A stretch of 64,000 bases of DNA from an uncultured delta proteobacterium (GTDB taxonomy: Bacteria; Myxococcota_A; Polyangia; Fen-1088), in contig CAWCMR010000022.1 in NCBI GenBank assembly GCA_963796685.1, forward strand, positions 1-64,000, in the 5' to 3' direction. A program made the position numbers and the translations under genes. Below the pieces are notes generated by a model, which was given only the letters and a program-made list of their open reading frames with translations, searched no databases and was not told the DNA's origin. Below, piece by piece: positions 1-19,900 of the stretch. Numbering within the stretch: position 1 is the first letter of the stretch; each line of letters starts with the position of its first letter.

Positions 1-115
1 AAGGGTAATCTCGTGCCGGCCGGGAGACGGAGCTTCATGTCATGTTGGTCCCATTGGCCGCAAAATGTGCCTCTATCCTATTTCAAGCCTCGTCATCGGA
101 TGGGCTTGACTCTCG

Positions 116-145
116 TTGTTTGTATTCCGGAGCGCGTGATATAAA
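116..145 (+). promoter_or_regulatory. Candidate sigma70-type promoter for the giant TPR operon
   Basis: TTGTTT(116-121)-N18-TATAAA(140-145) with extended -10 TG at 137-138, in an AT-rich stretch; RBS GGAGGA at 233-238 downstream. Confidence 0.4.
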
Positions 146-248
146 AACGCTCCATTTTCCGCGGTTTTGACCCAATTCGGGCTGGAGACGACAGCCACCC
201 GGCTCCGCTTCATTTTTGGCCCCATTCATTCCGGAGGAACACGTGGGC

Positions 249-10637
<10,389 letters not shown>

Positions 10638-10640
10638 GTT

Positions 10641-12203
10641 GTGATGCCGGTCGCGCTGGTAGTGGTTCTGGCGGGCGTGGCCGGCGCCTGCGTGGGCCTG
10701 TGGTTTGCCCTCCGGTCCCGGGCAAGGGGCGATCAAGCTCGCCATGCCCGCATCCAGGAGATCGAACGGATTCGCGCCACCGCCGAGCGCGAGGGGCAGA
10801 CCGCGCGCATGCAGATCGAGGTCACGGCGCGCGAGGAGGCGCTGACGATGCGTGGCGAGGCCGAGGTGGCGCTGCGCCGCAGCCAGGTCGAGCTGGCCGA
10901 GGCCGAAGCGGCCTTGGCCGGCAGGTCGGTGCTCGCCGACGAAGAGACGCGCGCGCTCGAAGAGATTCGCAAGCAGTTGGCGGACCGCGAGATCCCGCTG
11001 GCCGAGATCGAGCGAGCCACGAAAGGGTTGGGGGACGAGCTGGCCGCGTTGCGTGCGCAGCAGCGCAGCGGACTGGAGCGCGTGGCCCAAACCACCGCGC
11101 GGCAAGCGGCGCAATCCTTGGTCGACGCCGATATCGAGGAGGCCCGCGTCTCGGCTGCGCAGCTCGTGCGCAACGCAAGCGAAGGCGCCTCGGCCTCGGA
11201 GGTCGCCCGCGCCGCCAAACGCCTGATGGGGATTTCGGCGGGGCGCATGGCCGACCACTTCTATTCGGAACGTGCCCAATCCATCATCGCCCTTCCCGAG
11301 AGCCGCGGCGATCGGCCTGTCATGACGGCAGACGACCTCAAGCTGGTGGAAGGAGTCGCGGGGGTCAGCCTGGCTTTCACGGATGAGGGCGACGCCATTC
11401 GCATCGAGGGTCTCGATGGCGTGGGCCGCGAGGTGGCCCGTCGCTGCGTGGGCCGCATGTTGCGCAGGCCCGGGCTGCAAGGCGAGGCCTTTGCCAAGGT
11501 GGCTCGGGAAATTGCCGCGGAGGTGGATCGCGAAATCGTGGATTTCGGGCAGCGAGGTTTTGCCTTGATGAAGCTCCCGCGCGCACACGCCGACATCGTC
11601 CGGCTCGTGGGCCGGCTCAACTTCAGAACCAGCTACTCGCAGAATCAGTGGCAGCACAGCGTGGAGGCGGGCTTCCTTTGCGGGATGTTGGCCGCCGAGC
11701 TCGGGCTTGACGTCAAGATCGCCCGGCGAGCGGCGCTGCTGCACGACATCGGCAAGGCGCTCACCCACGAGCTCGACGGATCGCACGCGGTCATCGGTGC
11801 CGACTATGCCCGCCGGCTAGGCGAAAGCGAGATCGTCGCCAACGCCATCGGCGCCCACCACACGGACGAACCGTTCGCCAGCCCCTACGCGCACTTGGTT
11901 GCGGCCGCCGATGCCATGTCGGGTGGGCGCCCCGGCTCCCGCCGCCAGACCGAGGACAACCACATGGCCAAGCTGGCCGAGATCGAGCACATCGCGCGCA
12001 GCTTTCGCGGCATCGCCGAAGCCTTTGCCGTCCAGGGCGGACGCGAGGTTCGTGTCTACGTCGAGGAGGAGCACGTGAGCGATGCCGGTGCCACCAAGCT
12101 GGCGTCCGACATCGCCGAGGTCATTTCGCGCGAGATGACCTTCCCCGGGCAGATCAAGGTGACGGTCATCCGCGAATTCAAGGCCGTGGAGATGGCAAGT
12201 TAG
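10641..12203 (+). CDS. rny: Ribonuclease Y-family HD phosphohydrolase with degenerate KH domain
   Basis: N-terminal TM helix, coiled coil, RTSYSQNQWQHS, LLHDIGKA, SHAVIGA, AHH, AADAMSGGRPG, C-terminal FPGQIKVTVIRE. Confidence 0.88.
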   Translation: MMPVALVVVLAGVAGACVGLWFALRSRARGDQARHARIQEIERIRATAEREGQTARMQIEVTAREEALTMRGEAEVALRRSQVELAEAEAALAGRSVLADEETRALEEIRKQLADREIPLAEIERATKGLGDELAALRAQQRSGLERVAQTTARQAAQSLVDADIEEARVSAAQLVRNASEGASASEVARAAKRLMGISAGRMADHFYSERAQSIIALPESRGDRPVMTADDLKLVEGVAGVSLAFTDEGDAIRIEGLDGVGREVARRCVGRMLRRPGLQGEAFAKVAREIAAEVDREIVDFGQRGFALMKLPRAHADIVRLVGRLNFRTSYSQNQWQHSVEAGFLCGMLAAELGLDVKIARRAALLHDIGKALTHELDGSHAVIGADYARRLGESEIVANAIGAHHTDEPFASPYAHLVAAADAMSGGRPGSRRQTEDNHMAKLAEIEHIARSFRGIAEAFAVQGGREVRVYVEEEHVSDAGATKLASDIAEVISREMTFPGQIKVTVIREFKAVEMAS

Positions 12204-12209
12204 GAAGCC

Positions 12210-12461
12210 ATGCGACTGAACATCCCCCCCATCATTCCCTATGCCGTGGGCGCGCTGCTCGTGCTCTTCGGTACGCTGCGCGTGAAGTACCTCGGGGCAC
12301 CGCGCACGCCGCGCTTGACCGAGGAAGACAGCGAAACATCCACGAACCCCGCGCCCGTCCGTGGCAAGGAGCAGCGCCGTCACATCCGCATGGGCGTGGT
12401 GTGGGTGCTGCTCGGGCTCTTTCTGGTGATCTCGACCTACGTGCAGTCGCACCGTCGCTAG
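12210..12461 (+). CDS. Small two-TM membrane protein (83 aa)
   Basis: Starts 6 nt after rny with a GGA RBS; two hydrophobic segments flank a polar loop. Confidence 0.7.
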   Translation: MRLNIPPIIPYAVGALLVLFGTLRVKYLGAPRTPRLTEEDSETSTNPAPVRGKEQRRHIRMGVVWVLLGLFLVISTYVQSHRR

Positions 12462-12469
12462 AGGATCTG

Positions 12470-13369
12470 TCAGGCCTTGGGCCACAGCCAGGCGGCTCCG
12501 CGAACACCGCTGGAGTCGCCGTACTTGGCCTTCACGATGGGCGTCGTCACCTTGTCGGAGAACACGTACTTGGGCAGCACGAGGGGAACCTCGCGATAGA
12601 GGCGCGCGATGTTGGACACGCCGCCGCCCAGCACGACGAAATCGGGGTCCAGGACGTTGATGATGACGGCGAGCGCACGCGCCAGGCGGTCTTCGTAACG
12701 GACCATGGTGGCCAGTGCCGCCGCGTCGCCGCTCTCCGCCCGCGCGGCGATCTCCGGTGGCTTGAGATCCTGTCCCGTGGCCAGGCGATGGTCGCGCGAA
12801 AGGCTGGGGCCCGCGAGGAAAGACTCGTTGCAGCCAGGTCGGCCGCAGAAGCAGGGATGCCCGGGTCGTTCGTCGTCGCGTGGCCAGGCCAGCGGGTTGT
12901 GGCCCCATTCCCCGGCGATGGCGTGCTGGCCGGTGAGCAGGCGGCCGTGGACGACGATGCCGCCTCCCACGCCCGTCCCGATGATGACCCCGAACACCAC
13001 CTGGCCACCCGCACCGGCGCCATCGGTGGCTTCGGACAATACGAAGCAGTTGGCATCGTTGGCGACGCGAACCTCGCGCTCGAGGACACGGCTGAGATCT
13101 TTGTCCAGCGGATGTCCGATCAGCTCGACCGTGTTGGCGTTCTTGACCAGACCCGTGGGAGGCGAGATGGCGCCTGGAATGCCCACGCCGATCGTGCCTT
13201 TCTCGCCGTACGCCTTCTCGATGTCCGAAACCAACGAGGCGATGGCCTGCACGATGGTTGCATAGCTTCCCTTGGGTGTTGGGACGCGCAGGCGCTGTCG
13301 CTCGGCTCCCTCTTCATCAATGGCGATACCCTCAATTTTGGTGCCACCGAGATCGATTCCAATTCTCAT
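12470..13369 (-). CDS. mak: ROK-family sugar kinase (manno/fructokinase Mak-like)
   Basis: IGIDLGGTK ATP motif, ANDANC, GTGVGGG, GEWGH..CxCG..GCxE zinc site. Start taken at MRIGIDLG. Confidence 0.85.
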   Translation of the reverse strand: MRIGIDLGGTKIEGIAIDEEGAERQRLRVPTPKGSYATIVQAIASLVSDIEKAYGEKGTIGVGIPGAISPPTGLVKNANTVELIGHPLDKDLSRVLEREVRVANDANCFVLSEATDGAGAGGQVVFGVIIGTGVGGGIVVHGRLLTGQHAIAGEWGHNPLAWPRDDERPGHPCFCGRPGCNESFLAGPSLSRDHRLATGQDLKPPEIAARAESGDAAALATMVRYEDRLARALAVIINVLDPDFVVLGGGVSNIARLYREVPLVLPKYVFSDKVTTPIVKAKYGDSSGVRGAAWLWPKA

Positions 13370-13532
13370 TTTTGCCGTTACTGTACACTTGAGCCACGCG
13401 GTTTGGGCACCCACTAAAGTGTAATCTGATGAATTCACAGGCGTCGCAGGTCAAGTTACACTCGAAATCAACCGAGCGTCTGAGCGTCGGCGGGCTCGGT
13501 CCGACCTAACCCGCCGCGTGAGAGAGGACCGG

Positions 13533-14159
13533 ATGCCTAGGCACGCGTCATTCATCAACTCGACTGCGCATGGCGCAGCGCTGGTGGCACTGTTCCTTTG
13601 CGGCCTTTCCGCGTGCAGGAGAGCCTCTGCCCCGATGGTCCTGCAACAGCCCGTCAGGGCGCAACACGCGATGCGCTACAAGGGTGCCGAGGTCGGCTAT
13701 CGAAGCCAGGCCGGGTCGCCCATTGCACCGTCCGTGATTGCCGACGATCCGCCGCCAGTCCCAACCCAGCCGGCGCATGAGCAGCCGTCCAGGGCTCGGG
13801 CGACGCTCAACGGGGATCCGAACGGACTTACGCGCGACACCCTCAATCGGTCGATTCAAGGAGCTATGGGGTCGTTGGCCGCTTGCTTCTCCTCCCTGAC
13901 GCAAGATCCAATGGTGTCGGTTTCTTTCGAGGCGGATCCCAACGGCAGGCCCAGCCTAGTCCGCGTGGGAGGTGCGCCTCCGGACGCAGAGCACTGCATT
14001 AGAAGTGTGGTGCAGGACATTCGTTTTCCGACCTTCGATGGCAAAGGGGTGCAGGTCGACCTCCCGCTTTCCTTCCACCGTGTGACACGTCCAGCGCAGC
14101 AAGGAAATCCAGCCGGGGCGCAGCCTCCCACGGCTCCGCCGCTGTTCTTGGAACCTTAG
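13533..14159 (+). CDS. Lipoprotein with AgmX/PglI (TonB-C-like) C-terminal domain
   Basis: Lipobox LSAC, Pro-rich linker, C-terminal LAACF..V.V.F..DPNG...CI...V..IRFP pattern. Confidence 0.65.
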   Translation: MPRHASFINSTAHGAALVALFLCGLSACRRASAPMVLQQPVRAQHAMRYKGAEVGYRSQAGSPIAPSVIADDPPPVPTQPAHEQPSRARATLNGDPNGLTRDTLNRSIQGAMGSLAACFSSLTQDPMVSVSFEADPNGRPSLVRVGGAPPDAEHCIRSVVQDIRFPTFDGKGVQVDLPLSFHRVTRPAQQGNPAGAQPPTAPPLFLEP

Positions 14160-14220
14160 AACACCGAACCCGCCCCACCAGATCTTGGCGTTGCCGAGAG
14201 GATGTCCAATCCCTCCCATG

Positions 14221-14246
14221 AGGGCGGGTTTGAAACCCGCCCCTAC
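14221..14246. repeat. GTAG-type REP-like palindrome / probable bidirectional terminator
   Basis: GGGCGGGTTT-G-AAACCCGCCC-CTAC (reads GTAGGGGCGGGTTT... on the minus strand), between convergent genes. Confidence 0.6.
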
Positions 14247-14440
14247 TAGAAGCGCATGCCGCGCTTGGCGCGGAACATGAACCATCGGTACGTCAGGTAA
14301 ACCGCTCCGCCCAAGGTCAGCAGCCCAAAAACCGGGGCGTGGTAGACGAACAGCGCTCCCGCACCGGCCCACGCTGAAAGGGCGAACAGGCCCTTCTTTT
14401 TGGCTTCCGCTTTGTCGCGCGACATCAGGCTCTGGGTCAT
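14246..14440 (-). CDS. Small two-TM membrane protein (64 aa)
   Basis: GAGAG RBS, two hydrophobic helices, basic C-terminal tail (FRAKRGMRF). Confidence 0.7.
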   Translation of the reverse strand: MTQSLMSRDKAEAKKKGLFALSAWAGAGALFVYHAPVFGLLTLGGAVYLTYRWFMFRAKRGMRF

Positions 14441-14564
14441 GGCGGTCTCTCGTCACCAGAATCATGTAGCCTGCTCGGCCTTGGCGCAAGATGCAAACGA
14501 GCCCGTGCAGGCCCATTGCACACGCCGCCGGACCCGTGGTATTTGCGGTGCAAAGGAGAACGCC

Positions 14565-14996
14565 ATGCGATTGCTGCTCTCGATCGTTTCAGTGTTCGGC
14601 TTGGTGACCTTTTTCTCACCAACAACCGAGGCAAAGCCCAAGAAGGCTGACTCCCAAGTAGAGGCCGAGCCAGCCGCCGCCGCCACGGAAAACAACGCGT
14701 GTGGGTGCTACCGGGACAAGGACGACAAGTGTCACTGCATCAAGGTGAGCAAGGCGAAGCTCAAGTGCCAGTGCGAAAACGACTGCGAGCCCCCGGAATG
14801 CGTGGCCAAGCGCCAGCACGATGAGGAGAAGGCGGCAGAGCTGGCCCTCAAGAAGGCGAAGGAAAGAGACAAGAAGGCGCAGGTAGAGGCCAAGAAGGCC
14901 CAAGCTCAGCGCGACAAGGAGAGAAAGGCCGAGGAGGCCAAGAAGGAAAAGGAAAAGGCGAAGGAGAACTCCGATCCGGCCTGGAAACTGGAGTAG
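14565..14996 (+). CDS. Secreted Cys-rich protein with Lys/Glu/Ala coiled-coil tail
   Basis: RBS AAGGAG, signal peptide ending TEA, CGC..CHC..CQC..C....C cluster, then K/E/A-rich helix. Confidence 0.75.
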   Translation: MRLLLSIVSVFGLVTFFSPTTEAKPKKADSQVEAEPAAAATENNACGCYRDKDDKCHCIKVSKAKLKCQCENDCEPPECVAKRQHDEEKAAELALKKAKERDKKAQVEAKKAQAQRDKERKAEEAKKEKEKAKENSDPAWKLE

Positions 14997-15056
14997 GCGC
15001 TCGATTTCGAGTGCGTCAGCGTTTGACCAGCCATTCCGAATAGTCGCGTCGTAGGG

Positions 15057-15098
15057 CAGGGATCGACGGATTGCGCCGTCGATCCCTGTTTTGATTTT
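15057..15098 (+). terminator. Intrinsic terminator
   Basis: Perfect 13-bp stem CAGGGATCGACGG / CCGTCGATCCCTG with 6-nt loop, followed by TTTTGATTTT. Confidence 0.8.
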
Positions 15099-15190
15099 GG
15101 GCCAGCTTGTGCCAGCATCGTCCGCCCCGCAGGCGGGGGATGCCATTTCACACCGAAGAACCGGCATCCGCGCAGGAGACAAGACACGAA

Positions 15191-16855
15191 ATGAAGAACG
15201 CAGGACTCGACAAAGATTCACTCCAGATGCTTCTCGATACCATCGGGTCGTTCGGCAAGCAGAAGCTGCCCGCCAAGGTTCGCCTCGATCTCGACGAGCG
15301 GGATGAGTTCCCGCTCGGGCTCATCGAAGAGCTTCTGGGACCCGAGATCGGCTTGCACCTGCTCTTCATCCCCGAGGAGCTGGGCGGCCTCGGCGGCTCG
15401 GCGTACGACGTCTATCGCGTGTCCGAGGACATGGCTCGCCTCGACCTTGGCGTGGCCACCGCGTTTCTCGCCATCTTTCTCGGCACCGACCCCATCGTCG
15501 TGGGCTCCACCGAAGAGCAACGCAAGCACTGGCTTCGCCGCATCGGCGACGAGGGCCTGATTGTCGCCTACGCCGTGACCGAGCCCCTGGCGGGCAGCGA
15601 GCTATCCGCCATCCGCACCAAGGCCGACCGGGTCATCGAGAACGGCGAGATCAAGGGCTACAAGATAAACGGCACCAAGCAATTCATCTCCAACGGCGGC
15701 TTCGCCCAACTCTATTCCGTGCTGGCCGCCGCTCCCGAAGGACCGACCTTTTTCCTGGTCGAGAAGGGCACCCCCGGGCTCGTGCCGGGCAAGCACGAAA
15801 ACAAGCACGGGATTCGCTCGTCGAACACCTCCCCGGTCACCTTCGAGGATGTGTTCGTGCCCAAGGAGAACCTCCTCGGCGGGGTCGAGGGCAAGGGCCT
15901 CATTCACGCCCAGTCGGTATTCGGCTTCACGCGTTTGATGGTGGCGGCGTTCGGCTTGGGTGGCGGCGTGCAGGCCATGCTCAAGGCCATTCGCTACTCG
16001 CGCGAGCGCGTGCAGGCCGGCTCCACCCTGGCCGAAAAGCAGGGCTACATGGACAAGCTCATCGTCCCCCATGTGGTCAAGCTGGAGGCCGCCCGCGCCT
16101 ATATCGAGGAGGTGGCGCGTCGCTTGGACGCCGGCGAGCCCGAGCTGCAAACCGAAGGCGCCATCGCCAAGCTCTTCGCCACCGAGGAGGGCAATGCCGC
16201 TGCCGACGCCGCGGTCCAGGCCCTGGGTGGGTACGGTTATACCAAGGAGTACGAGGTCGAGAAGGTTCGCAGAGACGTGCGCATCACGACCATCTACGAG
16301 GGGACGAGCGAGATCATGCAATGGACGGTGTCGCGCGATCGCTGGCGCGTCCACCTGCAAGAGCGCGGCGGCTTCTATCGCCGCATGGCCGAATCGCTGG
16401 ACAGCCTGCACCGCGAGGATGCCCAGGTAGGCGCCGACGTGGCGGCCCTGGCGGTGCGAGCCGTGCTCGAAACCACCGAGCGCTGCCGCGTCTCTCGCCT
16501 CACGCGCCACCAGCACGTGCTGTTTCAGCTCGGCGAGCTCATGACCCGCGCGGAAATCGCGGCCAATTTCGCCCACTACGCTGCCGGCCGTGGCGCCGCG
16601 AAGTACGAGCCCTTCTTCGCGCCCAAGGTGGTCAAGGACATGTCCCGGATCTGCGCGCGCGAGGCCGCGCTGGACGTGGTGGCAGGGGCTGTTCGCCTGG
16701 TGCGTGGCATGGACGCCGTGGACGACGCGGGCATGGCGGACTTCGAGCGTTCCCTGCAGACGCACGCTGTCTACGCTGCGGCCAAAGGGCTCATGGCCGA
16801 CATGGACACCGTCGCCAAAGCCATCGTGGAGCAAGACGCGGCGCGACCGCAGTGA
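15191..16855 (+). CDS. Acyl-CoA dehydrogenase with C-terminal extension
   Basis: AYAVTEPLAGSE, INGTKQFISN, KHGIRSSNT, QALGGYGY, IYEGTSEI (catalytic Glu); extra ~170-aa helical C-terminal domain. Confidence 0.92.
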   Translation: MKNAGLDKDSLQMLLDTIGSFGKQKLPAKVRLDLDERDEFPLGLIEELLGPEIGLHLLFIPEELGGLGGSAYDVYRVSEDMARLDLGVATAFLAIFLGTDPIVVGSTEEQRKHWLRRIGDEGLIVAYAVTEPLAGSELSAIRTKADRVIENGEIKGYKINGTKQFISNGGFAQLYSVLAAAPEGPTFFLVEKGTPGLVPGKHENKHGIRSSNTSPVTFEDVFVPKENLLGGVEGKGLIHAQSVFGFTRLMVAAFGLGGGVQAMLKAIRYSRERVQAGSTLAEKQGYMDKLIVPHVVKLEAARAYIEEVARRLDAGEPELQTEGAIAKLFATEEGNAAADAAVQALGGYGYTKEYEVEKVRRDVRITTIYEGTSEIMQWTVSRDRWRVHLQERGGFYRRMAESLDSLHREDAQVGADVAALAVRAVLETTERCRVSRLTRHQHVLFQLGELMTRAEIAANFAHYAAGRGAAKYEPFFAPKVVKDMSRICAREAALDVVAGAVRLVRGMDAVDDAGMADFERSLQTHAVYAAAKGLMADMDTVAKAIVEQDAARPQ

Positions 16856-16955
16856 CCTTCATACCCGAGAAGCAAGCGCAGACGAGCGGCGCGATCGGGC
16901 TGGACAACCCGCCTGGATCCGCTACCCGCGATCCAATCTGGAGGAGAAAAAGTAG

Positions 16956-19900
16956 ATGAGTAGTTCGACACGAGATCCGGCCGACCGAGCGGTCGCGGTG
17001 GTGGGCTTGGGCGCCATCTTGCCCGACGCCCCCGACGCACAGCACTTCTGGCAGAACGTGGTGGCCGGCCGGAGCTCGATCACGGATGTGACCCCCGAGC
17101 GTTGGAATGCCTCGGATTACTGGGATCCCGATCCCAAGGCACCTGGCAAGACCTATTCGAAGGTCGGTGGCTGGGTTCGAGGCATCACGTTCGAGTCGAC
17201 CAAGCTCAAGATTCCACCGCGCGTGGCCTCGGCCATGGACGAAGGTCAGAAGTGGGCACTTCTGTGCGCGGGCGAGGCCTTGCGCGATGCCGGCCACCCT
17301 GATCGTCCCCTCGACAGCGATTCGACCGCCGTGATCATCGGCAACGCCATGGGCGGCGAACGGCACTACGAGACCGTGCTGCGTCTTTCGTTTCCCGAGT
17401 ACGCCAGAGCGCTCTACGAAACCGCGGCCTTCAAGGGGCTGCCAGCCAGCGCGCGCGAGGCGATCCTGGCCGAGTTCGCCGGCGAAATCGCCCGGCGCTT
17501 GCCCGACACCACCGAAGACACCATGCCGGGCGAGCTGACCAACATCGTTGCCGGTCGCGTGGCCGCGGTCTACAACCTGCGCGGCCCCAATTTCACCACC
17601 GACGCCGCGTGCGCGTCGGCCCTGGCGGGCGTGCAGGCCGCCGTCGACAGCCTCGTCGACCACCACTACAACGTAGCCCTGACCGGCGGCATGGATCGCA
17701 ACATGGGCGCCACCACCTTCGTCAAGTTCAGCAAGATCGGCGCGCTCTCGCCCGACGGCTCGCGCCCCTATTCGGCTGGCGCAAACGGCTTCGTCATGGG
17801 CGAAGGTGGCGCCTTCTTCATTTGCAAGCGCCTGGAGGATGCCGAGAAGGCGGGCGACAAGATCTACGCGGTCATCCGCGGCGTGGGCGGAGCCAGCGAC
17901 GGCAAGGGCAAGGGCATCACCGCGCCCAACCCCATCGGGCAACGTGTGGCCATCCAGCGCGCCTGGAAACGCGCCGGGCTCGATCCGGCGACCATGACCC
18001 TGCTCGAAGGGCACGGCACCTCGACCCGCGTGGGCGACGTGTCCGAGATGGAAAGCGCGGCCAGCGTGTTGATGGAGGGCACCCCCATCAAGCACAAGAT
18101 CGCGCTCGGTTCGGTCAAGTCGCAGATCGGCCACCTCAAGAGCGCGGCCGGCGCCGCGGGTCTGCTCAAGGCGGTGCTGGCCTGCCATCACAAGATCCTG
18201 CCGCCGTCCATCAACTGCGACGTTCTCAGCCCGGCCATCCCGTTCGACAAGATTCCCTTCGAGGTCAACACCAAGGCGCGACCGTGGGAGCGTCCGTCGT
18301 TTGCGCCCCGGCGCTGCGGCGTCTCGGCCTTCGGCTTCGGCGGCACCAATTTCCATGTCGTGGTCGAGGAGTACGTGCCGGGCTTGCTGACCAGGCGACC
18401 GACCATGGTGCAGGTGCCGAGTGCTTCCACCGCCTCGTCGCCAGCCGGCGGTGCTCAGGTGGCGGGAGCAAGGCAGGGCACTGACGACCGGCCGACCATG
18501 CTCGGATTCATGCTCGCCCTGAGCGGCACCGATCCGGGGGCACTGCGTGCACAAGCCATCCAGGCCATGGCCGACGCCAAGGCCGGCAAGGTCCCCGACC
18601 GCACCCCGCCGGGGGCGCAGTTCCTTGCTGCGCCGGCCCGCTTGGTCATCGCCTTCGATGAAGCGGGCGATCTCGTCAAGAAGTGCGAGCTGACCATCGA
18701 GGCCCTGGACAAGAACGATGTCCGCAAGTGGCGGGTTCTGCAGACCAAGGGCATTCACCTCGGCCGCGGCCCGGCCGGCAAGGTCGCGTTTCTGTTCCCC
18801 GGGCAGGGCTCGCAGTACGTCAACATGCTCGCCGATGTGCCCGATCCCATCGTGCGCGAGACCTTCGCGGAGGCCGACCGCACCATGGAGCCCATTCTCG
18901 GGCGCCCGCTCACGAGCTACGTCTACAGGAACGCCAACGATGCGGCGGCCATGGAGGACGCCGAGGAGGCGCTCAAGGATACCACCATCTGCCAGCCGGC
19001 CATGGTGGCCACCGACATCGCGATCATGCGCATGCTGGGCAAGCACGGCGTGTTCCCCGATATGGTGATGGGGCACAGCTTGGGCGAGTGGGCGGCGGCG
19101 GTCGGCGCGCGCATGCTCAACTTCTCCGAGGCGCTGGTCGCGGTCAGCGCGCGGGCGCGGGCCATGGCGTCGGTATCGATCGGCGACAAGGGCAAGATGG
19201 CGTCGGTGCTCGGGCCGACCGACGAAATCGTGCGGCGCCTACCCGAGATCGGCGGCTACCTCACGCCGGCCAACATGAACAGCAAGAAGCAGACGGTGAT
19301 CGCCGGCGCCAGCGACGCCGTAGATCGTGCGGTCGATTATTTCAACAACCTGGGCATGACCGCGCAGATCATCCCCGTGTCGCACGCCTTCCACAGCAAG
19401 GTGGTCGCCCCGGCCGCGGACGCCCTGTACCGGACCATCTGCGAAATGCAGATTGCCCCGCCGAGCATTCCGCTGATTGGCAACATCGACGGCCAGCTCT
19501 ACCCCACGGACAACATGGAAACCATCAAACGGCGCTTGGCCGACCAGATGGCGTCGTCGGTCCAATTCGTCAAAGGTATCGAAACTTGCTACGGCGAGGG
19601 CGCGCGCATCTTTCTCGAAGTCGGCCCCAAGCGCGCTTTGCAAGCACTGGCCGAAAGCGACCTTGCGGACAAGCAGGACGTCCTTTGTCTATCCACCAAC
19701 CACCCCAAGCGAGGCGGCGTGCGCTCGTTCCACGATGCCATGTGTGGCCTCTACGCCGCGGGTATCCCCAGGCCGGAGCAGCTGTCTCGCCTCCCAGAGC
19801 TCCGCGCCGCCGCCGAAGGCACCAAGAGCGCGGTCCCCAGCGAAAACCCCACGTCAGCGAATGGAGCCCCCATCGTCATGAGCACGGATCGAACACGTCC

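Noticed and set aside
13375-13517. Imperfect inverted repeats (TGTACACTTGA / TCAAGTTACA) and a GC hairpin in the divergent promoter
   Set aside because: Too short and imperfect to call an operator or ncRNA.
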